A DNA stretch of 64,000 nt, from the NCBI GenBank assembly GCA_965248695.1, contig CBDFKD010000002.1:3104001-3168000 (forward strand), read 5' to 3'. The position numbers were made by a program, and so were the translations under genes. Shown here in pieces: positions 1-10,192 of this stretch. Source of the stretch: Acidobacteriota bacterium. Lineage in GTDB: Bacteria > Acidobacteriota > UBA890 > WLXD01. Each line of letters opens with the position of its first letter. The stretch's first letter is position 1. The notes under the pieces were generated by a model. That model ran no database searches. It saw only the letters and a list, made by a program, of their open reading frames with translations, and was not told the origin of the DNA.

Positions 1-270
1 ACGATTGCCCATCATCGCCACGCCGAGGATCTCCTGGTCCTCGTAGAGGAACTGATCCTGCTGCAGCGTGCCGAGCTTGAGGCGCTTGGCAATCGAGACC
101 GTGCCGGCGGTCTCCTGCTCGTCACCGATGAGAATGTTCAGCAGCGTCGTCTTACCCGAACCGTTGGCACCCACCAACCCATAGCGCTCGCCAGGATTGA
201 GGCGGAACGTCACGTCGGTGAACAGCGTCTGGGCGCCGAACGACTTGGAGAGACCGGAGACCGAGATCAT
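1..270 (-). CDS. ABC-F family ATP-binding protein, N-terminal part (runs off the window edge)
   Basis: Manual translation MISVSGLSKSFGAQTLFTDVTFRLNPGERYGLVGANGSGKTTLLNIL...LGTLQQDQF; Walker A GANGSGKTT and ABC-F-like N-terminus. Confidence 0.85.
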   Translation of the reverse strand, partial: MISVSGLSKSFGAQTLFTDVTFRLNPGERYGLVGANGSGKTTLLNILIGDEQETAGTVSIAKRLKLGTLQQDQFLYEDQEILGVAMMGNR

Positions 271-574
271 CGAACGCTTTGTGCGACAGGCAGGAGGGTG
301 AGAACCGGCGCGGAGGGGTCTCAGCGGCAAGTCGGCAAGCAAGGCGACCGGAGGAGCCCGAGCCCGCTGGCTCATCGTACCGCCTGTTCGACTACGCAAT
401 GGGCCACACGGCACCCTCGAGGCCAACCATCGGCCGGCTGGAACCCACCGGGCGCATACGTTTCTTTACACAAACGATCCGTGCAACCGGACGTCTTTGC
501 GCGCGACAATGGCGTCCAAGCTCTAGTGGCCACTACGAGATGGGTCCCCCGCCCCCGAGCAACAGGAAACCCTG

Positions 575-1282
575 ATGAGAACGCTGATCTTGATCACCGC
601 CCTGAGCATGGGCGGCTTTGTGCAAGAAACCGTGCCTCAGTTCTCGACCACCGTCTCGCTGATGGCCGGCACCTGGTTGCTCGACGAGCAGCTGAGCGAT
701 GACCCTCGCGAGGCCATGCGCGAGGCCATGCGGGAAGGCATGCGGGGTGGGCGGAGCGGTATGCGCCCCGGCGGTGGCGGAAGACCGGGCGGTGGAGGAA
801 GACCAGGCGGTGGCGGTCGCCCTCCGGGCGGAGGTGGCGGCCGTCCAGGCGGCGGCGCTGGTCCCGGTGGCAGCGGTGCGCCCGGGGGAGCCGGTCGAGG
901 CCGGCCCGATCCGGGCCAGGCCGGCGGACCGGCGATGGGATGGGCGGCGAGCAACGAGCTGGAGATCACCAGCAAGGATCCCGGGCTGCTGATGGCGAAC
1001 GAATCCGGCTTGCTTCGCTACGTGGTCGCAGACGGTCTCTGGGTGGAACACAAGCTCCCCAACGGTGCGCGCGCGGAGATCAAGTCGGAATGGACCGACG
1101 GCAAGCTCGCGATCACCACCAACGTCGACCGCGGGATCAAGACAACCGAGACCTGGGAGGTGCTACCCAAAGCCCAGCGACTCGTGCTGATCCTCCAGAT
1201 CGAGAGCCCGCGACTCGACGAACCGATCTCGGTCCGCCGCGTCTTCGACAAGGTTCAGGAACCACCGACAGGTGGCAACTGA
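575..1282 (+). CDS. Exported hypothetical protein with Gly-rich GGGGRP repeats inside a lipocalin-like beta fold
   Basis: Signal-like N-terminus, AGTWLLD motif, low-complexity Gly/Arg/Pro insert, C-terminal RRVFDK; SD-like AGGA upstream. Confidence 0.7.
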   Translation: MRTLILITALSMGGFVQETVPQFSTTVSLMAGTWLLDEQLSDDPREAMREAMREGMRGGRSGMRPGGGGRPGGGGRPGGGGRPPGGGGGRPGGGAGPGGSGAPGGAGRGRPDPGQAGGPAMGWAASNELEITSKDPGLLMANESGLLRYVVADGLWVEHKLPNGARAEIKSEWTDGKLAITTNVDRGIKTTETWEVLPKAQRLVLILQIESPRLDEPISVRRVFDKVQEPPTGGN

Positions 1283-1353
1283 GCCGCTATCCGCGCCGCG
1301 ACCAGCACCCCGGAGACCCTCCGCGCGGCGGCCCGTAGGCACCCGGCGGTGCG

Positions 1354-2826
1354 TCAGCGCTGCGCCGGGACCGATTCGCGCAACTGTGCCATCAGGGCGC
1401 GGAACGCGGCCGTCTCTCGGATGGGGTCGAAGTACGAATCCTCGTCCAGAACGCCCGGATCGAGGCCCACGACCGCGTCAGCGCGGCCGAGTGCCGTCAC
1501 CACTTCATCGACGTCGCCAGCCTGCGCATGGGCGCGAGCCTGGAACAGCAGCACGCTGACGCTCTCAGGGCGGATGAACTCTGCCACCTCGAGCAGCTCG
1601 AGGGCCGCAGCCGACCTCCCCTGTGAGAGGAGATCACGGGGCTGATAGAAGGCGAACGCCACAAAGACCGTCTCCATGAGCCGCTGTGCGGCCAACGCCT
1701 CGATCGGACGGTCGGCATCGCCGGCGCGGCGCTTGACCTCCGCCAGATCCAGGTCACTGGTCAACTCCGCGGCGTCCGGCAGGCGATCATCAGCTCCGAG
1801 GCGCTCTACGATAGCGCGCAGCGTCGCGACGTAGGTGTAGTGCTGGTCGGAGAGTCGCTCAGCAAGCTCCACCGTTGCCGTGACCTCGGCCAGGCCCTCG
1901 AGCTCTTTGACCCGGTCGGCCACCTTCGCGAGCGCCGACTCGCCGATCACTCCCTCGAAGTCGGCGAGCAAACCGACGTAGCGTATCCACGCCTCGTACG
2001 CCGCGCGACTCTCCCAGGCCTGCGCTTCCAGCACACGGCGGACGTACAGATCGACTGCCAGCGGCCCCTCAGCGAGGCGCAGGCCCGTCTTCATCGCCTG
2101 CAATTCCATCCACTCGAGGGCCCGGGCGCAGACGTCCTCCGGTCCCCACTCGTGGCCTCCGAAGAAGTACTCGAACCGATGCGCGATGCTACCCCCATCC
2201 AGTAGCTGATCGAGCGCGCGCATCTCCTCGTAGTTGAAGTCGGTAGTCCCAGCCGCCCCGTAGTAGCCGTACCGCGCCGCCTCGGGGAGCTCAAAAGCTC
2301 CGGGCAGGCCGCCGCCGAAGCCTATGATTCCAGCGACGGAGGATTGCAGCTGCCCAGCAAATGCCCACGCCGACCTTGCCGTACCCGAGAAGCCGCCGAG
2401 ATAGAACCGGCTGTTGTCGAGCGTGAACCAGCGCGTGCTATCGGTCAGCATCGCCTCAAGCGCGGGTGTGTTGACGTCTTCGGGAGCGTCCGATGACGTG
2501 TTGTACGAGCTCACCAGGACATAGCCGAGGCGCTCCGCCACAGCACGAAACAGATCCAGCGGCACGCGGGCGCGCCCACGCGGATCCATCAGGAACAGCG
2601 CAGGCCAGGCGCGCTCGGCGGTGTAGGCACTCGGCAAGTAGACGGCGAACGCCTGGTCGGCGTTGTACACACTCTGGATGTGCTCGGCAACCGCTCCTGG
2701 CTGGATCGCCTCGGGTGTCGGGATTGATTGCGGCGCCGCCGCTCGCACGTCCGCAGCGAGCGCAACAACGCCGACCAAGCCTAGCCGTACAACAACCGTC
2801 GCGATCCGAGTGCTCATGTTCGCCAT
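1354..2826 (-). CDS. Exported alpha/beta-hydrolase (esterase-like) with C-terminal helical/TPR-like region
   Basis: Signal peptide, AVYLPSAY, YLGGFSGTA nucleophile elbow, GTTDFN, GGHEW; C-terminal ARAHAQAGD..EVVTALGRA TPR-like helix pair. Confidence 0.7.
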   Translation of the reverse strand: MANMSTRIATVVVRLGLVGVVALAADVRAAAPQSIPTPEAIQPGAVAEHIQSVYNADQAFAVYLPSAYTAERAWPALFLMDPRGRARVPLDLFRAVAERLGYVLVSSYNTSSDAPEDVNTPALEAMLTDSTRWFTLDNSRFYLGGFSGTARSAWAFAGQLQSSVAGIIGFGGGLPGAFELPEAARYGYYGAAGTTDFNYEEMRALDQLLDGGSIAHRFEYFFGGHEWGPEDVCARALEWMELQAMKTGLRLAEGPLAVDLYVRRVLEAQAWESRAAYEAWIRYVGLLADFEGVIGESALAKVADRVKELEGLAEVTATVELAERLSDQHYTYVATLRAIVERLGADDRLPDAAELTSDLDLAEVKRRAGDADRPIEALAAQRLMETVFVAFAFYQPRDLLSQGRSAAALELLEVAEFIRPESVSVLLFQARAHAQAGDVDEVVTALGRADAVVGLDPGVLDEDSYFDPIRETAAFRALMAQLRESVPAQR

Positions 2827-2866
2827 CGTTGCACCCGGAATGCGGTCGACTCAAGCGCGAGTGGTG

Positions 2867-2910
2867 TTGACATCGGTCTCTCCATATGTAACTTTTTAGT
2901 TACATATGGA
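2867..2910 (+). promoter_or_regulatory. Sigma70-like promoter and ArsR-type operator palindrome overlapping the start codon
   Basis: TTGACA at 2867-2872; perfect 13-bp inverted repeat TCCATATGTAACT-TTTT-AGTTACATATGGA at 2881-2910 covering the ATG at 2906. Confidence 0.75.
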
Positions 2911-3241
2911 GAGCGACACGTTGGACCCCATCTTTCAGGCCCTCGCCAACCCGCTGCGACGGCGCATGCTCGACGTCGTCAAGCAGCGGCCGGGATGCAA
3001 CGTCAACGACGTCTGTGCGCAGTTCGACATGAGCCGCATCGCGGTGATGAAGCATCTGAACCGGCTGGAGGACGCCGAACTGGTGCATTCCGAGAAGCAG
3101 GGGCGCGATCGACGCCTCTATTTCAACGTCGTTCCGATCCAGCTGATCTACGACCGCTGGACGCACGAGTACAGCGCCTGGTGGGCGAGTCGTCTGGTAG
3201 ATATCAAGTACGCGATCGAGGAGAAAACCGATGCCAGCTGA
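2906..3241 (+). CDS. ArsR/SmtB family transcriptional regulator
   Basis: IFQALANPLRRRML...MSRIAVMKHLNRLEDAELV...QGRDRRLYFN winged-helix signature. Confidence 0.92.
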   Translation: MESDTLDPIFQALANPLRRRMLDVVKQRPGCNVNDVCAQFDMSRIAVMKHLNRLEDAELVHSEKQGRDRRLYFNVVPIQLIYDRWTHEYSAWWASRLVDIKYAIEEKTDAS

Positions 3242-3800
3242 AGTGCCGGAAGCAGCCGATGTTCCCGCGGGCGAGAGCGCCCCGGCAACCGAGAGGTTCG
3301 TTGCCAAGATCTTCATCCGCGGCTCGATCGAGGCGGTCTGGAACGAGATCACCAAGACCGACGAGCTGCAGGGTGCGATGTTCAACATGCAGTTGCATAC
3401 GAACGGCTTGCGTCTGGGCGGCCACATCCACATGCGTACTGCAAACGGCAGATACACCGGTGTCGTGGGCGAGATCCTCGAGTACGATCCGCCCCGCCGC
3501 TACGCGCATACGTTTCGGTTCACGCGCTACGACGACCCGCCGTGCACGATCACATACGACCTCACGGAGGTCGGCGACGGGGTCGAATTCGTGCTCACCG
3601 CGGACGACGTGCCAACCGGCACCAAGACCGCCAAGCAGCTCGAGGGTGGCGGCAAATTCATCGCCAGCTCTCTGAAGAGCATCGTAGAGACCGGCCGCCC
3701 GCCGCTGGGTGTGCGCATCCTGTTCGTGCTCTTCAAGCTCCTCGAGCCCTTCTCGCCCGCCAAGATCCGGGCAACCAACTGGACGTTGCCGAAGAACTGA
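3231..3800 (+). CDS. SRPBCC/AHSA1 (START-like) domain protein
   Basis: IFIRGSIEAVWNEIT...GEILEYDPPRRYAHTF...LKSIVETG; coupled to the ArsR gene, a common pair. Confidence 0.85.
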   Translation: MPAEVPEAADVPAGESAPATERFVAKIFIRGSIEAVWNEITKTDELQGAMFNMQLHTNGLRLGGHIHMRTANGRYTGVVGEILEYDPPRRYAHTFRFTRYDDPPCTITYDLTEVGDGVEFVLTADDVPTGTKTAKQLEGGGKFIASSLKSIVETGRPPLGVRILFVLFKLLEPFSPAKIRATNWTLPKN

Positions 3801-3821
3801 TCCACCACCGGAGTGAAAGCA

Positions 3822-4331
3822 ATGAAACGATTCGCGCTACGGGCCGCCCACATGGTCCTGGTCGTCATGTTGCCGATCCTGGCCGTCTACGCCGTGGCTC
3901 CCGAGAGGCCTGACGACCCGCTGGCCCCGTTCGAGCGGCTCATGGGCGGAAAGTGGACCGCGGGCGAGAGCTACCACACGTTCGAGTGGGGTTTCGGTAA
4001 CAAGACCGTCGTCGCCAAGACGTACTTCGTATCGGAGGACGGAGCCGAGATACTCGTCGCCCACGGCATCTGGTTCTGGCACCCGCAAAGGCAAACCATC
4101 ATCGGTTACTCGATCGCCGAGCAGATGCCCTTCGAGCTGATGGAGATGACCTCCCGATTCGAGGGCGACACGCTGGTGAACGAGCTACGGGCGATTGCGG
4201 CCGACGGCTCCGCGAGCGAGCACGTCGAGACCTGGGAGTTCGTTGGCGACGATCGCTACGACTGGACCCTGTATCGGGAACGGATGGCCGACGACGACGT
4301 CTGGATGACCGAGACGTTCACGCGCCGATAG
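3822..4331 (+). CDS. Exported hypothetical beta-barrel protein
   Basis: Signal peptide, DPLAPFERLMGGKW motif, beta-strand pattern; third gene of the ArsR operon. Confidence 0.65.
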   Translation: MKRFALRAAHMVLVVMLPILAVYAVAPERPDDPLAPFERLMGGKWTAGESYHTFEWGFGNKTVVAKTYFVSEDGAEILVAHGIWFWHPQRQTIIGYSIAEQMPFELMEMTSRFEGDTLVNELRAIAADGSASEHVETWEFVGDDRYDWTLYRERMADDDVWMTETFTRR

Positions 4332-4376
4332 CGGTCGGGAAGATCAACTTGCGGCAGATCTCTGCACGCGCTCGCG

Positions 4377-5030
4377 TCAGATCTGCTCGACGACCAGCCG
4401 CAACGTGATGCCCCGGTACCAGCCGGCGGCACGCGCGTCGGTCAGATCCACATCGAGGCCGATGCCGCCCGACACAGAAGCCGCAACGCCAGGGGCGTCG
4501 AAGGTGACACTGGTGCCCTGCTGAGAATTGACGATCGCAGTCACCCCTGTGACGCTCAGGCTGGAGCCGCCCGCATGGGTGCCGGTGCCGTGCTCCACGG
4601 TGGCGGCAACCTGCATGCGCCCGCTCCCCGAGGTGCCGAGAACGGAGAACACTCCGCCCAACTGACCGCTCGCGGTGGAGCTGGCGGCCCCACTGGCGAC
4701 TGCCGCCGCCAGCGCCGCATCGACGTGCACCGCGAGCCCCACGGTGCCCTGCCCGTCCGCTGAGATCGCCGCGCCGCGGCCGTTGCCGGCGAACTGGCCA
4801 CCTGAGAGCTGCACCTGGAGCTCGGTGAGGTAGCTCAGCACCAGCACATCCGGCAGTCGAACGTTGACCGCCACTTGACCGTTCTGCGCCATTGCCGGCG
4901 ACGGCAGCAGCAGCGCTGCCACCAACACCGTCACTGCGACCACGCTTCGGCTGCTGCGGGCGACGGAGCGTAGTCGGGAATTGTGGGGACGGATCGCGCC
5001 GCGGCGCGACCGAGACGTTGCCTCGCGCAT
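4377..5030 (-). CDS. Exported beta-rich protein, possibly pilin/spore-coat-U-like
   Basis: Signal peptide ending PSPAMA, Ala/Gly/Ser/Val-rich strands, C-terminal AGWYRGITLRLVVEQI; start chosen at ATG 5030. Confidence 0.55.
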   Translation of the reverse strand: MREATSRSRRGAIRPHNSRLRSVARSSRSVVAVTVLVAALLLPSPAMAQNGQVAVNVRLPDVLVLSYLTELQVQLSGGQFAGNGRGAAISADGQGTVGLAVHVDAALAAAVASGAASSTASGQLGGVFSVLGTSGSGRMQVAATVEHGTGTHAGGSSLSVTGVTAIVNSQQGTSVTFDAPGVAASVSGGIGLDVDLTDARAAGWYRGITLRLVVEQI

Positions 5031-5267
5031 GGAGTGGGTCTCCCTCTTGCGAATGCTTGCCCCTGTTGTACCCGGCCGCGTGCACACCACCAAACTGCTG
5101 GCCGTGTAGATGGCCGTGGCTGTCCGCCGATGACCCGGCGACCTCGGATCACATTTCGCGCCGACGTCAGGCCAGGACATGCCCTCCCGGCCGCGTTCCC
5201 AGCAGCGCAGCAGCGCTTCTCGGCGGCCAACGGGCGCCCAGAGTCGCGATTCCGGTACCCCGGTGGC

Positions 5268-6545
5268 CTACTCCTGCAGACGGTTGTATTGCCGCAGAAT
5301 CTGACGGAGCCGTTGATGCGGAAGCGCGTGCACGGTGACGTTGTCGGCTCCGGTCATGGTCTCGGCCGCCACCATTGCATTAATGACCGCCTCCTCCGTG
5401 GCGGCGACGGTGGCAGCAAAGAACCGTCCGGTCTCCTCGTTCGCCAGCATCTCCAGGCTCGAGGTGCCGGCGCGCGTGTTTGCAGCGACGCGATTGGCGG
5501 TGCTGATGGCCATGAAGATGTCCCCGGACCCGTTGCCGGAGACGCTCCCGTTGCGCGCCAGGCCGAGCGATACACGCCGCGCCACGCGCTTCAGCTGGTG
5601 CGGCAGCAGCGGGGCATCGGTGGCAACCAGTACGATGATCGACCCCAGCTCGTCGGGCGGCGCGTCGGCCTCGCGCGCCGGACCGTGGCGCCCCTCCCGG
5701 GCCAGGCTCCGAGGCCAGCCGCTGGTTTCGGCGACCGGCGCCCCACCCTCAACACCCGGCATCAGGTCGGGAATCTCCCGTCCCACCGGCACGCCCGCCA
5801 CGCGCAGCAACCGTCGGGAGCCGTAGTTGCACTGCACCAACACACCGACGGTGTACTCTCCGTCGGCGGCGCTCACCTGGCGCGACGCCGTGCCGATACC
5901 GCCCTTGAACCCGTGGCAGATCATGCCGGTCCCGCCGCCGACATTCCCTTCGGGGACCTTGCCGCCAGTGGCCGAGGCCAGCGCCGCCAGAGCGTGCTCC
6001 TCGGTTACGTGCTGGCCGAGAATGTCGTTCAGGGTCCCGTCCCAGGTCTCACCCACAACCGGCAACGACGCCAGCCACGGCGGGTAACCATCGCCGTCGT
6101 AGTTGACGCTCTTACGCACCCCCCAGCGGACGACGGCGTGATGCACGATGCCCACGCTGAGGGTGTTGGTGATCATGAAAGGGCCTTCCATGATCCCCGA
6201 ATCCTCCACCCAGGTAGTCCCGGTGAGCTCGCCGTCACCATTGAGCGCGAACCAGCCGGCGAGCACCGGCGCCGGATCGTCTTTGCCACGTGGCCATATC
6301 GCGGTGACCCCGGTGCGTACCGGCCCCTGGCCGACGACCAGGACGCCGTCCCCGGAGATCAACGTGGTGTGTCCCACCTCGACGCCGGCAACATCCGTGA
6401 TCGCGTTGAGTGGCCCCGGAAGTCCTTCGAATGGCACACCCAGGTCACGCGCCCGCGGCTTGTCCTGGGCCGCCAGAGCCGATGCTGCAACCATCGAGAC
6501 AACGGCCAGGAAGTTGACGATAGAACGGGCTCGCGAACGTCGCAT
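5268..6545 (-). CDS. P1/S58 family peptidase (DmpA-like L-aminopeptidase/D-esterase)
   Basis: PRARDLG, NAITDVAGVEVGH, EGNVGGGTGM, GFKGGIGTASR, autoprocessing G/SII site, NGSGDIF. Confidence 0.93.
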   Translation of the reverse strand: MRRSRARSIVNFLAVVSMVAASALAAQDKPRARDLGVPFEGLPGPLNAITDVAGVEVGHTTLISGDGVLVVGQGPVRTGVTAIWPRGKDDPAPVLAGWFALNGDGELTGTTWVEDSGIMEGPFMITNTLSVGIVHHAVVRWGVRKSVNYDGDGYPPWLASLPVVGETWDGTLNDILGQHVTEEHALAALASATGGKVPEGNVGGGTGMICHGFKGGIGTASRQVSAADGEYTVGVLVQCNYGSRRLLRVAGVPVGREIPDLMPGVEGGAPVAETSGWPRSLAREGRHGPAREADAPPDELGSIIVLVATDAPLLPHQLKRVARRVSLGLARNGSVSGNGSGDIFMAISTANRVAANTRAGTSSLEMLANEETGRFFAATVAATEEAVINAMVAAETMTGADNVTVHALPHQRLRQILRQYNRLQE

Positions 6546-6620
6546 TCGGGGACCTCCTGGGTCGGCTGACGGCACTGGCTGGCGCCACGGTTCCCCATCC
6601 CGGCCGCGAGCTCAACCCCC

Positions 6621-7277
6621 TCAGGATACGGGACGGCCCTTCGATTCTCCGACCGCGGCGCGCCGACTGAACTCGAGCGCGTAGAGCACGTACGCCGGGT
6701 AGATCCCGGTGCCTTGCGAGCCCGATATCGTGTAGGTGTTTCGGTTCGTGGGGCGGGCTACGAAAGCGATCTCCATCCGGCCCGTCGTGCTGCGGAAGCC
6801 TTTGTCCTGGGCATGCTCGCCGAATGTGTAGTACGTCCAGACCTGCCCGCGGCCGGCGCCGGTCGGGCGCACGTGATCGGGCAGGCCGAGCGTCACCGCG
6901 ATGCGGCCACGGTCGGATCTCCAGCCGCGGAACGGTGTGTCGCGGTAGCTGACATTGGCGTAGGCGACGCGCTCGTAGAAGGCATCCTTGAACGGGTTGG
7001 CCCGGTCTCGAGGCTCGTTGTCGCGACGCTCCCAGAAGCGCGCGATGAAGGTGGCTCGCTGGTCCGAGGTAGCGAGATCCTCCCAGGCGTCGTGCTCCTC
7101 GTCGAGAATCAGGTACTCCACCGGCCCGTCCAGCCAGCGGTCCGGGTCAGCCTCGTGGTACGCCAGCGCCAGTGGGCCGGTCTTTGAGAACTCGTCGCGC
7201 AGCGCGCCAGGCGCACGCGCGGGCAGAGCGAGAAGAAACGCCACAGTCACGGCAGTCGCCATACAAGCTCGCATCAT
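6621..7277 (-). CDS. GWxTD domain protein (short, stand-alone)
   Basis: WLDGPVEYLI...FIARFWERRD...NPFKDAFYERVAYAN...GWRSDRGRI..LGLPD. Confidence 0.85.
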   Translation of the reverse strand: MMRACMATAVTVAFLLALPARAPGALRDEFSKTGPLALAYHEADPDRWLDGPVEYLILDEEHDAWEDLATSDQRATFIARFWERRDNEPRDRANPFKDAFYERVAYANVSYRDTPFRGWRSDRGRIAVTLGLPDHVRPTGAGRGQVWTYYTFGEHAQDKGFRSTTGRMEIAFVARPTNRNTYTISGSQGTGIYPAYVLYALEFSRRAAVGESKGRPVS

Positions 7278-7284
7278 GATGGCG

Positions 7285-7968
7285 TCAGGTGATGCGGGCA
7301 GGGCCCATTGCTGCCGACAGCAGGTTGTCGTAGCGATTGGCCAGGTGGCGGCGCATCACCATGCGCGCGAGCTCGGCATCTCCGGTCTCGATGGCGTCAA
7401 CGATCGCCAGGTGCTCGGCATCGGAGTGCATCGACTCGTCGGTCATGAACCCACCGAGCGAGGCGAATCGCGTCATCTGCGACAGGCAGGATTTGACCAG
7501 TTCCACCATCAGAGCGTTGTTGCTCGCCTCGGCAACGGCTGCGTGGAACCGATCGTTGCGCTCGATGGCGACCGCGTAGCTCGCCGAATCACCCACGCGT
7601 ATGTCGCAGCGGGCCAGCGCCCGCATTTGCGCCTTGGCCTCGGCGCCGGCGCTCAGCGCGGCGCGGGCGGCGGCTTCGCCCTCGATCAACAAGCGGATCT
7701 CGAACGTGTCCTTGACATCGTTGACGCTACTCCTGGCTACCGAATAGCCGCGGCCCGGCACGTGCTCGACGAACCCCTGGACCAGCAACTGCGACAGAGC
7801 CTCCCTGACCGGGGTCCGGCTGGTGCCATATCGCTCCGCCAGGTCGCCCTCTCGCAGGGGCTCACCGGGAACGACATCGCCAAGGATGATGCTGTCGCGC
7901 AACCGCGTGTGCACGTGCATGACGCGAGTTGTCGGGCTCAACGTTGAAATGGTCATCAGGGGATTCAT
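7285..7968 (-). CDS. GntR family (FCD) transcriptional regulator
   Basis: PGEPLREGDLAERYGTSRTPVREAL; FCD motifs NDRFH and EHLAIVDAI. Confidence 0.92.
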   Translation of the reverse strand: MNPLMTISTLSPTTRVMHVHTRLRDSIILGDVVPGEPLREGDLAERYGTSRTPVREALSQLLVQGFVEHVPGRGYSVARSSVNDVKDTFEIRLLIEGEAAARAALSAGAEAKAQMRALARCDIRVGDSASYAVAIERNDRFHAAVAEASNNALMVELVKSCLSQMTRFASLGGFMTDESMHSDAEHLAIVDAIETGDAELARMVMRRHLANRYDNLLSAAMGPARIT

Positions 7969-8119
7969 CCGAGGAGCGGAAGAAGAACCGAGGGATCATC
8001 CCCGTTTCGGGACGCCGACTCAAGCGGCTCCCCGCCGCGCCCCGCGTCGGGTGGCACATCTCCAATAGAATTGCCCGACGTCGCGCTGCCCAGGCCGCCA
8101 GCACAACTCTGGAGATTTC

Positions 8120-10192
8120 ATGCGTCCAAACCGCCACGCCGTAGCAGCGCTGTTGCTGTCCGTCGTCCTGCTGGCCCCGAGCTGGGGCGCCGCCAACAAC
8201 AGCTCGCAGAAGTTCGAGATGCTCGACGTGTTCGATCTCGAGTGGGGCTCCGATCCGCGGATCTCGGCCGACGGCTCGCGCATCGTGTACGTGCGCAACT
8301 TCTACGACATCACGACCGACCGCCGCGCCTCGAACCTGTGGTTGATCGACGTGACAAGCGGCGAACAACGCCCGTTGACCAGCGGCACAGCCAACAACGG
8401 CTCGCCGCGCTGGAGCCCGGACGGCTCGCGCCTGCTCTGGGTCTCCTCCCTCGAGGGCGGCGCGCAGTTGTGGATGCGCTGGATGGACAGCGGACAAACG
8501 GCCCGCGTCAGCAACCTGACGCGTGGCCCCGGCGCTGTAACCTGGTCGCCTGACGGGGCATGGATCTCGTTCTCGATGTTCGTGCCCGCCGAGCCCGAAT
8601 CCCTGGATGCGCAGATGCCGACGGCGCCGGGCGGCGCTGAATGGGCCCCGGCAGCAAAGGTGATCACCAAGCTCCAGTACCGCGCTGACGGTGCTGGCTA
8701 CCTGCCCGACGGGACCAACCACCTGTTCATCGTACCGGCCGACGGCGGCACCCCCCGGCAGCTGACCGAAGGCGCCTTCAATCACTTCGGTCATTCGTGG
8801 GCGCCAGACGGTCAACACCTGGTGCTCTCGGCCAACCGACACGACGACTGGCAGTACGAACCGGCAGACACCGAGATCTACGAGCTCGCCCTGGCCACCG
8901 GCGAGCTGCGTCAGCTCACATCGCGGCACGGACCGGATAACGGACCGGCGGTCTCGCCGGACGGCAGCAGGATCCTCTATACCGGCAACGACGAGCGTTA
9001 CCAGGGGTTCGACGTCAACGAGCTGTACGTGATGAATCGCGATGGCAGCGGTGTTGAGCGGCTCGCGTCGGGCTTCGACCGCAACATCGGCGGGGCGCGC
9101 TGGAGCGACGACGGCGAGGGGATCTGGTTCCAGTACACCGATGGCGGCGTCACCAAGGTGGCGTTCCTGCCCGCCAGGGGCTCGGCGGAGCCGGAGATGC
9201 GCGCCGACAGTCTAGGCGGACAGGATCTCGGACGGCCCTATGCTTCGGGTCAGTTCTCGGTGTCGGCGTCGGGAGACATCGCGGTGACCTACTCGCCCGG
9301 AGATCGGCCCGCCGACGTGGCGCTGGTGGCCGACGGCGAGCTACGGCAACTCACCTGGCTCAACGACGACCTGCTGGCTCACAAGTCGATCGGCGCGCCC
9401 GAGCAGATCCGCTGGGAATCGAGCTTCGACGGCCGCAGCGTCGAGGGCTGGATCGTACATCCGCCGGATTTCGACCAGGCGAAGAAATATCCCCTGGTGC
9501 TCGAGATCCACGGCGGCCCGTTCGCCGCCTACGGACCACATTTCGCTGCCGAGGTGCAGCTCTACGCTGCTGCCGGGTACGTAGTGCTGTACAGCAACCC
9601 GCGCGGGTCGAGCTCGTACGGGGAGGAATTCGGTAACCTGATCCACCACAACTATCCGAGCCAGGACTTCGACGATCTGATGTCGGGTGTCGACGCGGTC
9701 GTCGCGCGCGGCTACGTCGACGAGGACGACCTCTTTGTTACCGGAGGCTCGGGCGGCGGCGTTCTGACCGCCTGGATCGTCGGGCACACCGATCGGTTCG
9801 CGGCCGCCGTCTCACAAAAGCCGGTAATCAACTGGTACAGCTTCGTACTCAACGCCGACGCCACACCGGTCTTCTACAAGTACTGGTTCCCCGGTTTTCC
9901 GTGGGACCACGCCGAGAACTATCTGGAGCGCTCGCCACTGCACCACGTCGGCAACGTCAGCACACCGACCATGTTGATCACCGGTGAGCAGGACTACCGC
10001 ACCCCGATCTCGGAGAGCGAACAGTTCTACACCGCCCTCAAGCTGCGGAAGATCCCGAGTGCCCTGGTGCGCATCCCGGAGGCGTCACACGGAATCGCCG
10101 CGCGCCCCAGCCACCTCCTCGCCAAGGTGGCGCACGTGCTCGCCTGGTTCGAACGCTATCGAAGCGTGACCACACCGATGGACAACAACTGA
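8120..10192 (+). CDS. S9 family peptidase (acylaminoacyl-peptidase-like) with PD40 propeller
   Basis: Signal peptide, repeated WSPDG, IHGGP, TGGSGGG catalytic Ser, GEQDYRTP Asp, ASHG His. Confidence 0.95.
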   Translation: MRPNRHAVAALLLSVVLLAPSWGAANNSSQKFEMLDVFDLEWGSDPRISADGSRIVYVRNFYDITTDRRASNLWLIDVTSGEQRPLTSGTANNGSPRWSPDGSRLLWVSSLEGGAQLWMRWMDSGQTARVSNLTRGPGAVTWSPDGAWISFSMFVPAEPESLDAQMPTAPGGAEWAPAAKVITKLQYRADGAGYLPDGTNHLFIVPADGGTPRQLTEGAFNHFGHSWAPDGQHLVLSANRHDDWQYEPADTEIYELALATGELRQLTSRHGPDNGPAVSPDGSRILYTGNDERYQGFDVNELYVMNRDGSGVERLASGFDRNIGGARWSDDGEGIWFQYTDGGVTKVAFLPARGSAEPEMRADSLGGQDLGRPYASGQFSVSASGDIAVTYSPGDRPADVALVADGELRQLTWLNDDLLAHKSIGAPEQIRWESSFDGRSVEGWIVHPPDFDQAKKYPLVLEIHGGPFAAYGPHFAAEVQLYAAAGYVVLYSNPRGSSSYGEEFGNLIHHNYPSQDFDDLMSGVDAVVARGYVDEDDLFVTGGSGGGVLTAWIVGHTDRFAAAVSQKPVINWYSFVLNADATPVFYKYWFPGFPWDHAENYLERSPLHHVGNVSTPTMLITGEQDYRTPISESEQFYTALKLRKIPSALVRIPEASHGIAARPSHLLAKVAHVLAWFERYRSVTTPMDNN

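Noticed and set aside
524-535. TAGTGGCCACTA palindrome resembling fused MITE ends
   Set aside because: Only 12 bp; could be chance or an operator, and cannot be supported
700-905. Tandem DNA repeats (12-bp EAMR units, 18-bp GGGGRP units) as a possible CRISPR or VNTR system
   Set aside because: In-frame low-complexity coding sequence with synonymous variation; no spacers and no cas genes
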